Shown one piece after another: positions 18,360-33,934 of a stretch of DNA of 64,000 nucleotides (within the stretch, counting starts at the first letter, position 1; every line of letters starts with the position of its first letter). The translations under genes were made by a program, and so were the position numbers. The notes below the pieces were generated by a model. The model worked only from the letters and a program-made list of their open reading frames with translations. It was not told the DNA's origin and did no database searches. The stretch comes from Eledone cirrhosa. Its lineage: Eukaryota. The stretch lies in contig OZ024743.1 in the NCBI GenBank assembly GCA_964016885.1, positions 23,002,001-23,066,000 of the forward strand, written 5' to 3'.

Positions 18360-19057
18360 GTGTGTGTGTGTGTGTGTTATAGCTCATGGGAATAATTGCG
18401 TATTCGAAACTTTTCGCTCCCACCACCCACCTTTTGCCACTTTTTATTTGACTGACAAAACTTTAATCTGCTATCATAACACTAACTAAAAGTGGGATTC
18501 TATTGGGTATTCTTCACACCAAAATATCCGGCTGTTTCATTCTTTCTAGATCCATCTTCATCGAGAGGTAAAGGCAATAAAGTGAAATATGACGGTACAC
18601 TCAATCTGCTGCCCACTTTAACACCAACACCTCGTCCTTGTGTGTTGTGAGAAAGTCCACTTCAAGTATTTCGGCCACGACTTCGATTTGAGAAAAAATT
18701 CTTCCCCTCTTCCTACCAGTTTGAAGACTTTGAAAGCAGCATGGGCACTGGCTTTCTTCTTTCTAATCCCTTAATAAGCTTCCATATTATTAATAATAAT
18801 TTTTTTTTTTTTTTCTCCAATAATACTTTGTATCACTTTATTATTCTTCCGTAACTGCAGAAATATTAATTATTTCGGCCCTAGAGATGAAAATCTTTTC
18901 ATTTGCGTCTATCTCTGATGAGCAGATCGACACTGGGGTCAGGTCTATCACATCGAGAAAGACCTCGAGCCAATCAACCATGAATGTTCGATATGCAATA
19001 AAAAAAACATTTTAAAGTGAAACTTCTTTATTTCATACATAATATATATATATGTGT

Positions 19058-19133
<76 letters not shown>

Positions 19134-19339
19134 CGTGTGGCAAATCATTACGTTTTACATAGCGTTCAGGTCTTGTAGAAACTATCCAGGCCAAGTCTTT
19201 ACTTGATGATTTTGGAGGAAAGTCTTGACAAATTTGGCAGAATGTCATGGAGCTATTATAACATTGGTATATTGCCAGTCTGGAATTCAAAGACAGTTTC
19301 ATAAAAGGAAAATAAATATTTGGGAAAGTCTCTTACTTG

Positions 19340-19499
19340 TAAAGCGGCGAATTGAGAGACTCGTTAGGGTGTCGAATTAAAAATGCATCGAAATTTGTTT
19401 TGGATCACTGTGCTCTGAGTTCAAATTCCGCCGAGGTCGAATCTGCCTTTCAAATTCTCGAGGTCCATAAATAAAATACTAGTCGAATACTGGGGCCAA

Positions 19500-19500
<1 letters not shown>
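19340..19500 (+). mobile_element. Decayed tRNA-derived SINE
   Basis: CTGAGTTCAAATTCCGCCGAGGTCGA..GCCTTTCA; homologous to 28418-28601. Confidence 0.65.
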
Positions 19501-19534
<34 letters not shown>

Positions 19535-20234
19535 CCTCCCTCTCTCTCTTCAATTACTGATATTTTCAATTCTTTATCAGATGGGACTTCAATACTACTT
19601 TAAGTCTACCCACAAACTAATAATAATTAATAACTTTTTAACAACACGTTTATATATATATATATTTCAATATCCAATACAGCCTGTCAGACCACCAGTA
19701 ACATTTCAAAAATATCACAGCGAAGACATTTCTATAATGTTTTACCAATTCCTATGAGAATGTAAAAGAAAAGAAAAGACTGTTAAATAGTTAAAGACAA
19801 CACTCAATCAGTAGAACCACGGTGTAGATTGGTTTCCTTGGTCTATTCTCGCGTGTTTTAGAGAATGAAATTTGGATAGAAACTTGGGTAAGTAAATCCA
19901 TTTAAAATATTCTGACAGAACTGGTAATATATTTTATGTTAATTTGAAGACAGGTCAAAAATAAAGTATGTTTTTGAGAAAATATATTTTTGAGAAAAGT
20001 ACTTATGTACTCAGACAAAGTACTTATGTACTCAGACAGCCATGATAGGTTTTTAACTTAGATTTTGTTAAGGCTTTTGTTTTTATTTGTTTCTCTCCTC
20101 TTTCTAATTTTCTACAAAAAACAATGAGACCGAAAACAATTTAAGTATAGACCAGTCATTCAGCAAAAGGTCTATATTAAAATATACACATGCATACATA
20201 CACATACATACACACACAGGCTCACACACACACA

Positions 20235-20322
<88 letters not shown>

Positions 20323-20562
20323 TTAATACACAAGACACACACAGACAAACACACACAGACAAACACACACAGAGACACACACACAGAGGCGCATAAGAAT
20401 GACTGAACATGACTCATTCTATCTTCTCATGAAGGACTAGTGAACAATTAATATTTTGCTTTTTTGTTTCCGTTTGCTTTTTGCATACATATATGCGTGG
20501 GAGTATAAATATTTGTATATATATTTATATTTATATGTATGTGTATAATGCTTTTATACCTG

Positions 20563-20718
<156 letters not shown>

Positions 20719-20727
20719 CTTTCTATA

Positions 20728-20778
<51 letters not shown>

Positions 20779-21313
20779 CTATAATGTTTCTAATACACAG
20801 GTATTCGAGACTTCATGAATGTGTATATGCTTATATATTTTGAGTCGGTAGAGAGACAAACAGGCCAAATCCACTGGTTTCACTGTGTTGGAAAGAATAT
20901 CTTGAATCGATTTTCAAACGTCTTCGGATTCTCATGCGAAGATATGTATATGATCTAAACAAGCAGAAGGAATTCCCTAACTGTGGGAGTCTTATACACT
21001 ATCACTTAGTAGTATCACAAAAAGGGATGTACAGTATTAATTTGCGTTTATACTGGTAGTGAATGTTGATATGTATTAAATTGTGCGCAAAGCAATGAAA
21101 GTATATGATAAAGTTATATTTATATATATATATACAGTATAAAGATAATTGAGACTGCGTGAATGTGTATATAAATGTACACATTGAGTATTAGACATGT
21201 AAACAAGAATTTACATGAAACAAAAGCATGAAGAGTGAATTATATATAATCCTATGATACTTAACTATTTTATAACATCGACACTCAGAGATTCTTGCTA
21301 TGAATATATATAT

Positions 21314-21425
<112 letters not shown>

Positions 21426-21754
21426 ATGTGTGAGTATGTATCTGCGTGTATGTGTGTATGTGTGTATGTTTGTGTGTATGTGTGTGCGTGTGTGTATATA
21501 TATGTGTATGTGTGTATGAGTATGTATCTGTGTGTATGCGTGTATGTGTGTGTATGTGTATGTGTGTGTGTGTTTGTGTGTGCATGTGTGAGTATGTATC
21601 TGTGTGTGTACGTGTATGTGTGTGTATGTGTGTGTGTGTATGTATATGTGTGTGTGTGTGTTTGTCTGTGTATGTGTGAGTATGTATCTGTGTGTATGCG
21701 TGTATGTGTGTGTATGTGTGTGTATGTGTGTGTGTGTATGTGTATGTGTGTGTG

Positions 21755-21785
<31 letters not shown>

Positions 21786-21855
21786 ACATATGTATACGTG
21801 CAATTAACGTGCGGTATAATATTAATTGTTCACAGAAGAAAGCCGGAGTCATTGA

Positions 21856-22193
21856 CAAGATGTTGTAAAGGGTGCAGCAGCAGGTTAGTAATCACATGCA
21901 TGTGTGTTATTTCCCCTATATCTCACAAGATGTTGTAAAGGGTGCAGCAGGTTAGTAATCACATGCATGTGTGTTATTTCCCCTATATCTCACAAGATGT
22001 TGTAAAGGGTGCAGCAGGTTAGTAATGACATGCATGTGTGTTATTTCCCCTATATCTCACAAGATGTTGTAAAGGGTGCAGCAGGTTAGTAATCACATGC
22101 ATGTGTGTTATTTCCCCTATATCTCACAAGATGTTGTAAAGGGTGCAGCAGCAGGTTAGTAATCACATGCATGTGTGTTATTTCCCCTATATC
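21856..22193. repeat. Minisatellite, 5 x 67-70 bp
   Basis: Unit CAAGATGTTGTAAAGGGTGCAGCAGGTTAG...CCCCTATATCTCA starting at 21856, 21926, 21993, 22060, 22127. Confidence 0.9.
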
Positions 22194-23596
22194 AAACGAA
22201 AGATTTGAGGCCAGGAATAACACTTGAGGTGTTGTTAGCAAAGATTAATGTGATTAATTAGATAAATAAAAATAGGAGTGCAGCCAGAAACAATAGTGTT
22301 CAAGTCAAGGAGATATGTTTGAAACTTAATCTGGTGTTGATGTAAATTTCCAGAGTTTAGAAATAGAAGCACGATCCGGCAACACGGATAACAAAGAGAA
22401 TGCAAGTGCTTGTTTAACGTTTATTGGTATAATGTGCCGGTGATAGAAATTTCCTGAATATAAACTGGGAACCGTTGCTTTTGTAACACTCCTTGAAAAT
22501 ATAAGCCTTCTATCTAAACTATAATAAAGTAAGAAGTGCGGGACTGCGTCCAGAATATATTTTTTTATCCTGTTTGTAAAATAAGTTGGATTACTCTGAA
22601 TAAATAATGAATGAATATTACATAATTTATCTATTAAATTTCGTAATATTCATATATTGATTAAATATAAATAATTGTTTCTACTTTTGGCACAAGGCCA
22701 GCAATTACCCAGTGCATTACTGGTACTTTATTTTATCGACCCCGTATATAATATTGTTGCTTATTTTAAGATTCACTTCTTTAAAATTTTCAAATGTCAA
22801 CACTTCCGGTTAGCGATCGCTTAAATAAACATTCATATATTTCCGTCACTAATTTTCTTCTAATGCAGTTTATATATAATATCGTCTTTTTTTAATGTAT
22901 CACGGATTACGTTACTGATTACATAAGACAGTGTAATGCAGTCGTCGTTCAATTTCTGTGTATATTGTCAATTACAATTTTATTTGATGTATCATATCTG
23001 TATGCATATATACTTGCGTATAATATCAATATACACACTACACATGCTAGCAAAAAACCGTCCGAATGATGGTTTTTCTGCTAGTTCAGTTAATTCTTGA
23101 ACATGTGGCTATATGAATGTGGCTATATGTGGCAGTACATACATTCTATCCTCTTGCTCTATTTATATAGAGTCAGCTTTCTTCTACAATCAAAATCACT
23201 GCTAGACAAACTTCACGTGTTCTTCTGAAAATGTAAAGATGAAGAATGAATAAAGTAGCGCTGTTAGAATTTACCACATGCAATTGCAAAGCTTGCGCTC
23301 TATCATTTGGTTGTGTTTACTAGATGTATTTCGGCTTCGTATCCTATCATTTCTGTGTAGAAATGGCGTGTGGAAGAGAAGCTGGAGATTCTACATTTGT
23401 TTCTATGTTTTAAAAGACTATCAATGAGTGTCATCTCTAATGGCTGGCATGTTTGACATGTCGAATTTCCCACCTTATGCATTTAGTATGTAAAGGTCGA
23501 CAAAGTGTCAGATATCTGCCTCATCAAATGTATTAGACTTCACCAGAAGGAAAGATTCATAGAGAAACAGATAGGTAGATATGGAAATAAACATAC

Positions 23597-23687
<91 letters not shown>

Positions 23688-23942
23688 GATATGCATTATA
23701 TGTTGCATTCGGTCTCAGCGTTATGTCCAGGTCAGTCTAAAATCTTTTCCTGAGTCCAACCATTTTTGTTGCTGTGGTAATGCGGCTGGACTGCCGATCG
23801 CTATATTTGATTTGCTAAGCTGTCTAAACGTATTGTTATTACTCTGGGGTACTATTCCCCATCGAGTGCTAAAGCTACATACCGAATTTGCATTCGTTAG
23901 CTTGTCCGCAAACTAAAGCTTCGTTAATGCTGTACTAAAATT

Positions 23943-23982
<40 letters not shown>

Positions 23983-23984
<2 letters not shown>

Positions 23985-24633
23985 AAGATCACTGATGAAG
24001 GACTAACTTTATTCATATGTAACCCATTTGCAACCACGCAGCACGTTTGTTCTCATATTCACACATATATTTTCCCCCGCTGTGACCCGTCTATTTCGTT
24101 CTTACTGCTTCCTCTTTCTCTGTATCTTTACCCTCTCTAACAGTCACTCTTTCTGTTAGCCACTTCCTCACCCTTCACTCACTCACTCTCTGCTACTACT
24201 TCCTCCCGTTTGACCTGTGCGTAATTCTTTTCTCTCGCACGCTTGACCAGGCTGGTTCCCCTTTTCTCTCTCTCGTCTACGATTTCACAGAACTTATGTT
24301 CACCGAATTCACGGTCTGGACTGCTGCTTCCTCCCGTTTGACCTATGCGGAATTCCTTCCGTGCTCACATTTCGACTAGGTTTGATGGTCTTTATTCTCT
24401 CTCGTTCACGATTTCACCGAACTTATATTCATGGAAATCTGGGACCTGACTCTTTCTTCCTCATTTTTCGTTGCTTTACCATCTTTGTTTGTTTACACTC
24501 TCGCTCGTTCCCTTTATTTACGTGTACCAACGACTTTCTTTAGCCGTTGCTCGCATCAACCGGAGGTATATGGTCTTTAAAGCGATGAAATACCAATGAT
24601 GGTTGGAAGATCACTGATGAAGGACTAACTTTA

Positions 24634-24640
<7 letters not shown>
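23983..24640 (+). mobile_element. (TA)n-embedded element with a 37-bp terminal direct repeat containing CTGATGA
   Basis: GGAAGATCACTGATGAAGGACTAACTTTATTCATAT at both ends; the 3' half of a hammerhead was not found. Confidence 0.5.
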
Positions 24641-24682
<42 letters not shown>

Positions 24683-24824
24683 GAGAAATTTTGGTAACGT
24701 TTATCTATTTTTTTCTTCAAACTTACATTTTAGACATAGTTTTGTTTAAATGATTATTTAGCTAGTTAATTTTTACGAACTAAAAGGAAAGATTAGGTAA
24801 ATTTCATCTGATGGTCCTCATAAA

Positions 24825-24992
24825 GGACTATCTAATTTCTTTCTTCTTAGTCCGTAGAAATTAACCAGATAAATAATCATTTAAACGGAAATAAGCTTCA
24901 AATGTATCTTTGAAGAAATAACTGATACATATATCGAACTAAGAAGATAGAAATTGGATAAATTTTGTCTGACTATTCTTCAAATTTATAAT

Positions 24993-25026
<34 letters not shown>

Positions 25027-25190
25027 ATTATAAATTTGAAGAATAGTCAGACAAAATTTATCCAATTTCTATCTTCTTAGTTCGATATATGTATCAGTTA
25101 TTTCTTCAAAGATACATTTGAAGCTTATTTCCGTTTAAATGATTATTTATCTGGTTAATTTCTACGGACTAAGAAGAAAGAAATTAGATA

Positions 25191-25195
<5 letters not shown>
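24825..25195. repeat. Perfect ~170-bp fold-back centred on (TA)n
   Basis: 24825-24998 is the reverse complement of 25023-25195. Confidence 0.85.
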
Positions 25196-25233
<38 letters not shown>

Positions 25234-25838
25234 AAAGAATAGAGGTGTAACACACAAGTTATTATATATTGGTAAACGGAATAGAAAATGCTGACAAATT
25301 GTTCACAGTTGAAAAATGGTTTAATTAGGAATAAAAGAGTATTAGTGATTGTATGGGTTAGTATTCAGTTGTGGTTTTAAGTTTTTAAGTTTTTACCGGT
25401 TGCGCATTTCTAAATGCTTTTCAAAAATAATTTTGAGATAGAGTGTCCGTGCTGTTTGCTCTGATCTGATTAGTTTTGGGAATTCTACCTGTTTTTATGT
25501 TAAAAAAGTGGCTCCAGCGTTACTTTGGTGTTGCAAAATTTCTTGTGGTCAAAACAAATTTGATTGGTCGGTAGAGGTCATGTGAGTGTAAAAAATTGAT
25601 TTTGCGCCAAGACTGTTTTTATGTTAAAAAAGTGGCTCCAGCAACAATTCTTGTGGTCAAAACAATTTTGATTGGTCGGTAGAGGTCATGTGAATAAAAA
25701 AATTGGTTTTGCGCCAAGATTGAGAAATGACTCTTTCACAACAAATATGTGTGTGTGTGTGTGTAGTAGTAGTAGTAGTAAGGTGTTCGATGTTGTGATA
25801 ATGGTTAGCAGCGATGTGTGTCAAATGGCTATTGAGAT

Positions 25839-25917
<79 letters not shown>

Positions 25918-26438
25918 GCAGAGTAATTCGTGGTGGCAGGGATGGTCAGTAAGAATGTGTCTGAAAGCATGTCAAAAGATATTTTTCAGCTTTTGTCTTC
26001 TTATACGGAGAAGTGCGTGTGTGTGTGTGTGTGTATATAAGTCTCTTTGTATGTTGATGTACGCGTGTGTATGTGTGTGTGTATATATATGTGTGCGTGG
26101 GGGGGGGGGGACCAGTATGTTTTCCCCCTGGTAAAATGGTGTACATTATTCGATTTTTTCAGTAAAATCGGTTCTCTTAATAGAACATCAAAAATCTTAA
26201 CAATAAAAGGTGTGAAATGATATTCACTATATATATATACACACATACATATATTCACTATATACATATATACATATATATACATATATACATATATATA
26301 CACATATATATGCACATATATTTTTTTGTGTTGCACCATAGAGCATGTGTGTTTACGTATGTCATTGTGTTTATATGTGGGTAGAGATGTGTGCTGATGT
26401 AGGTATGTATGTTGACGTGTGTATGTTGTGGGTTAGTC

Positions 26439-27395
26439 TTAGGGAGAAGTGTTTAGACGGGGTCCGTATTTGTTAATGAAGTAAGATTCCTTGCTGATGC
26501 GCTGGGTGTGGGTGGCATTATCTTTAAATTTGTAGAGGGGAAAGATTCTGAAGTTGGGATGATTTTGGGCGGCACAGGTATCAATGTGTTCACTCAGTGG
26601 TATTTTCCTGTATTCCCGTATTTTAATTTGGGATCTATGGACAGTCATGCGTTGGCGGAGGCTGTTTTTGGTCTGGCCTATGTATTGTTCTCGACAACCT
26701 GAACAAGTTAATACATATATTAGATTTTCCGATGCACATGTGAAATTGTGTTTTACTATAAAACGTTGTCCATCTTTGAAATAGAATTCCGAACCCTCTA
26801 TTAGGTTGATGCAAATACCACAGTTGGGTCTATCGCATTTTTTTACTGTGGGTTTCGTTGTTGTGGTTGGCAGTACTTTGGCATGTGTTAAGATGTTTTT
26901 CATTGACTTGGATTGTCTTTTGCTCTTTATGATATCGTGTGTTCGTAGAATTTGGTTCATTCTATGGTCCTTTTTCAATACAGGGATGTTCTGGAGGATG
27001 GTGTCAAAGGCCTCATTGTTGAGGGGGTTGTGTGTGGAGATGTATGGAAGAGCTTTTAGTTTTGGTTGATTTACTTTAGGGTGTCTAAGGTCCTGGGTAC
27101 TGAGTTTTAGGGCACGTTGGATTCCATTGTCAATTAGTGATGCAGGGTAGTCCCTGCCTATGAGTGTGTCCTTTAGTTCTTGTAGCCGTAAGTAGCAGAT
27201 GTTTTTATTGGAGACTATAGTACAGATTCTCTTGGCTAAGTTGTAGGGAATATTAATTTTAACGTGTCTAGGGTGGAAAGAGTTGAAGGGGAGATATTGC
27301 TTGGAGTCTGTGGGTTTGTAGTATATGTCTGTTTCTATCTTTTTGTTATGGATCTTAATGAGGATGTCGAGGAAGGGGAGTTGTTGATGGCTGTA
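26439..27395 (-). CDS. Penelope-like RT C-terminus + Cys linker + GIY-YIG endonuclease (5'-truncated, uninterrupted frame)
   Basis: Hand translation LPFLDILI..TDIYYKPTDSKQYLPFNSFHPRHVKINIP is in frame with CDRPNCGIC and NLIYVLTCSGCREQYIGQT..LRQRMTVH..EH..ESYFI..PRLN. Confidence 0.9.
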   Translation of the reverse strand, partial: YSHQQLPFLDILIKIHNKKIETDIYYKPTDSKQYLPFNSFHPRHVKINIPYNLAKRICTIVSNKNICYLRLQELKDTLIGRDYPASLIDNGIQRALKLSTQDLRHPKVNQPKLKALPYISTHNPLNNEAFDTILQNIPVLKKDHRMNQILRTHDIIKSKRQSKSMKNILTHAKVLPTTTTKPTVKKCDRPNCGICINLIEGSEFYFKDGQRFIVKHNFTCASENLIYVLTCSGCREQYIGQTKNSLRQRMTVHRSQIKIREYRKIPLSEHIDTCAAQNHPNFRIFPLYKFKDNATHTQRISKESYFINKYGPRLNTSP

Positions 27396-27398
27396 TTA

Positions 27399-27466
<68 letters not shown>

Positions 27467-27782
27467 TTGTTGTGAAAGAGTCATTTCTCAATCTTGGCGC
27501 AAAACCAATTTTTTATTCACATGACCTCTACCGACCAATCAAAATTGTTTTGACCACAAGAATTGTTGCTGGAGCCACTTTTTTAACATAAAAACAGTCT
27601 TGGCGCAAAATCAATTTTTTACACTCACATGACCTCTACCGACCAATCAAATTTGTTTTGACCACAAGAAATTTTGCAACACCAAAGTAACGCTGGAGCC
27701 ACTTTTTTAACATAAAAACAGGTAGAATTCCCAAAACTAATCAGATCAGAGCAAACAGCACGGACACTCTATCTCAAAATTA

Positions 27783-27820
27783 TTTTTGAAAAGCATTTAG
27801 AAATGCGCAACCGGTAAAAA
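27783..27820 (+). ncRNA. Variant hammerhead-like motif in the Penelope terminal repeat (mirror at 25390-25427, -)
   Basis: TTT-TTGAAAA-GCATTT-AG-AAATGC-GCAA-CCGGTA-AAA; GAAA mutated to GCAA. Confidence 0.5.
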
Positions 27821-27937
27821 CTTAAAAACTTAAAACCACAACTGAATACTAACCCATACAATCACTAATACTCTTTTATTCCTAATTAAACCATTTTTCA
27901 ACTGTGAACAATTTGTCAGCATTTTCTATTCCGTTTA

Positions 27938-28727
<790 letters not shown>

Positions 28728-28902
28728 TTCCAGTTCTGTGCACCTAACCTCTGCATGAACCCAGCCACCTAGCTGCTTTCCACTGCATATTTCACATTGA
28801 GCACATGCCTTTACGCTTTGGCTTCTAACTAATTCACCAATCTCTCCTCTCCTATCTCCTCTCCTATCTCCATCTCTCTCTTTAAGATTGGTTACTCTTG
28901 AA

Positions 28903-29814
<912 letters not shown>

Positions 29815-30562
29815 GGGGGGGGCAGACAGGCAGAAATAGAAACAGACAAAGAGAGGGGGAATGAAGTGTAAGAGTGAAAGAAAGAAAGATAGAAAGACAA
29901 TTTTTTTTATATCTATCTCTATATACCTTCCAACCTATCTATGACATCCTGCTTATGAGAAGCGGGGGAACAGTCGTTTCTAAATGTAGAATTAAACCCT
30001 ATAGAATTGTTGATGATAGAAAAACAGAATGAGGGAAATAAAGAGTGACAAGGCTATCCTTAGGTTCCACAGTATGAATATATAATGTATTATTATTCCT
30101 ATATTATCATCAATCACACAAGTTGTATGAATGTAGGGGAATAATCTAATCAGAGCTAAATTATCTATCAGTGGGAGGCTGGTATGGTACTTGTGTGTGT
30201 GTGAATGATTAGGTGTGTGTATAGGTATGTATGTGTGTGTAGTTTTTTGTTTGGGTGTTGGTGTGTGTGTGTGGTTGGCTGGTTGATATGGTGTAGGGTG
30301 TAGGGCGGTTGGTGTTTGGGTTTAGGGTGTGTGTGTATGTAAGTATGTGTGACTAGTTGTGAGTATATGTGCGTATGTTTGTTAGTTTGTGTTTGTGTAT
30401 GTGGTTGCTCAGTAGCGTATCTGTGTGTGTGAGTAGGTGTATGTTTAGATGTGTGTATATGATTAGTTGATATAGTATATCTGTGTGTGTGTGTGTGTAG
30501 GTGGTCGGTTAGTATAGTAGCTGTGTGTGTGAGTGGGTGTATGTTTAGATGTGTGTATGTGT

Positions 30563-30601
<39 letters not shown>

Positions 30602-30755
30602 TGCGTGTGTGTGATTGGTTGATATAGTATATTTATGTGAGTAAGGGAATAGTTGTGAGTGTGGAGAGATGTGTATGTGTGTGAGTAGATGTGTGTGTGT
30701 GTACATGTGTGTGCGTGTATATACATGTATATGAGTGTATATATATATACGTGTG

Positions 30756-30808
<53 letters not shown>

Positions 30809-30821
30809 GTATATATATATG

Positions 30822-30867
<46 letters not shown>

Positions 30868-30871
<4 letters not shown>

Positions 30872-30983
30872 AACAAGTAGGACCCCGACGGCTGAGCTCA
30901 AGCCGTTTCGACGGCTAATTCTAGTCCAGAATTAGCCGTCGAAACGGCTTGAGCTCAGCCGTCGGGGTCCTACTTGTTCCTAT
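30868..30983. repeat. Near-perfect palindrome made of two hammerhead 3' halves
   Basis: AGGAACAAGTAGGACCCCGACGGCTGAGCTCAAGCCGTTTCGACGGCTAATTCT and its reverse complement. Confidence 0.75.
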
Positions 30984-30989
30984 ATATAT

Positions 30990-31033
<44 letters not shown>

Positions 31034-31382
31034 ACATATATATATGTGTGTGAGATTGCGTCTGCTGGACACAAGTTGGGATGGTGTGGCTGGGTGCGTG
31101 TTTTTACGTATGTGAGACTGGATGTTGGTGACGGAAGGAAAGAAGGAGGAGAAGATAAAGTAGGAGGAAGAGAAGAAGGAGGAGGAAGAGAAGTTGTGTA
31201 GTGTGACGGTGAAGGGGAGGAATGGCTTCTTAACATCCGACTCATTAATGTCTCCTTTGGGAATTCTGCTTGGAAAACGCATCGATATGTGAAAATTTGA
31301 AAGGGAGATAATTAAATAAACAACAAACAAATATATTTATTGTATATAAGTGTGTGTGTGTTTATATATATATATATATATA

Positions 31383-32082
<700 letters not shown>

Positions 32083-32133
32083 ATGTATATATACGATATT
32101 AATAAATGGAAACTATATTTATAAAACCATATT

Positions 32134-32198
32134 TATTTCATTATATATATTTCAAGGATACCAAGTTACATTATGGTATGCCTTCATCAGACAAAATA
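32134..32198 (-). ncRNA. Type I hammerhead ribozyme motif
   Basis: TATTTTGT-CTGATGA-AGGCATACCA..TGGTATCCTT-GAAA-TATATATA-ATGAAATA; homologue at 56317-56376. Confidence 0.8.
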
Positions 32199-33788
32199 CA
32201 ATATATAACAGTTTTATAAATAGACATTGACGTACCCCTTTAAAAATTGACCGTTGTTTTTGGAGGCCATCAGGATGGTGATTTGTTTACTTTAGTAAGT
32301 CATAGTGTTAAGAGTAAGTAAAAAGATGGAGAGAGAGAGAGAGAAACGTGGAGAAAAGAAAGGGAGAGATAGATAAAGAAAAAGAAGAAAGCAAAAAGAA
32401 AAGAGAACAGAGGAAAAATAACGGGGAGATATCAAACCATCAGATAGAGAAAAAATCCAGAGAGAGATATATAGAGATAGAAAGAGGAGGGAGAGAACGA
32501 AAACCTTAAGTTATGTCATATTAAGTTGAGTTAACAATTGGGATGAAAAGCATAAATAAAATTAGAAATATTAATATTCATGAATGGAATATAGATATAT
32601 AATATGAGAAATTACACATTGTTTAATTATGATTAGATATTTAGTTTAAAATTGAGATCAATATATTAAAAATTGGAATTTAAACATTATAAAATATATA
32701 TATTGCTAGAGAGATTATCTATCGCATATTACATACACATAGGCAAAGGTACATAAATATATATATATACACACTCACTCAGAAAATACACATTATATCT
32801 ACTCCCGCACATAATATATATATACAAAGCATAAGTGATTTTTTATTTATTGCCATACATTCCCTGTGTTATTAATTAAAAATTAAAAGTTTTTAGTATA
32901 TATATATAAACATATAGGAATAACTTTCATGCATTTATGGCTAAGTTATGCATATCTGCAATCAAAAACTGCATGTGTAAGCCTCTACATTCACATCCAT
33001 AATTCTTAGCTATACATGAATAGATATGTGTGTGCATCTTCAATCGGTATACACGCGTCACTCTTGCATATATACAGACAGACATATAATCATAAAAAAG
33101 CATATAACACATGTATATGTATGTCAACACACACATATAGATACATTAGCCGTATATAGATATACGTATACATCAACATATAACATAGTACAATTGGGTA
33201 TATAAAATACAAAAGGATTATATTTTGGAAATATAATTATATCAATATGACTTAAAAAGCAAACGAATTCTACAAATATCAAAATACTAAAATATCCCAA
33301 AATATTATAGAATATTTTAAGTTAAAATAATATGTTTAATATATATATATATATATAAACGGAAAAAATGAAACGAAATTTCATTTCCCACTCTTGGTAC
33401 GGCTGTTACTTAAAAATAAGTATGTATGCGTACATACATATATGTATACAGACGTACAGTAGTATGTATATATATATACATACATGCACACATATATATA
33501 TGTACGTATGGATTCACCGAACATTTATTATAATGCTCGGTGTGTTTGTAAACAAACATCCCGTATTAAGCCGTATTGTCCAGCAACCATCGTTGCTCGT
33601 TTGTTCAACACTGACAAAGGAACGCTGAACTAGTTTCAAGCTTATTAGCTATTGTCAGCAACGTATACCTTCCTGCCAGATGGTTGAACGTCTGAAAGTA
33701 TATACTTTCCCTATGCATATTAACGGCTGATATATGTATGCACGTATACATACTTATATATATATATATAAGTATGTACGTATACATA

Positions 33789-33878
<90 letters not shown>

Positions 33879-33934
33879 GAGAGAGAGAGAAATAGATAGA
33901 TATGAAGATAGATAGACAGACAGACAGATAGATA

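Noticed and set aside
18910-18975. CTGATGAG...GAAAGACCTC as a hammerhead
   Set aside because: Stem I does not pair and stem II does not close next to GAAA.
21856-22193. CRISPR-like array
   Set aside because: Units are contiguous with no unique spacers; eukaryotic context; no cas genes.
23046-23085. 40-bp hairpin ending in CTAG as a Helitron end or terminator
   Set aside because: Isolated palindrome, with no second copy or 5' end identified.
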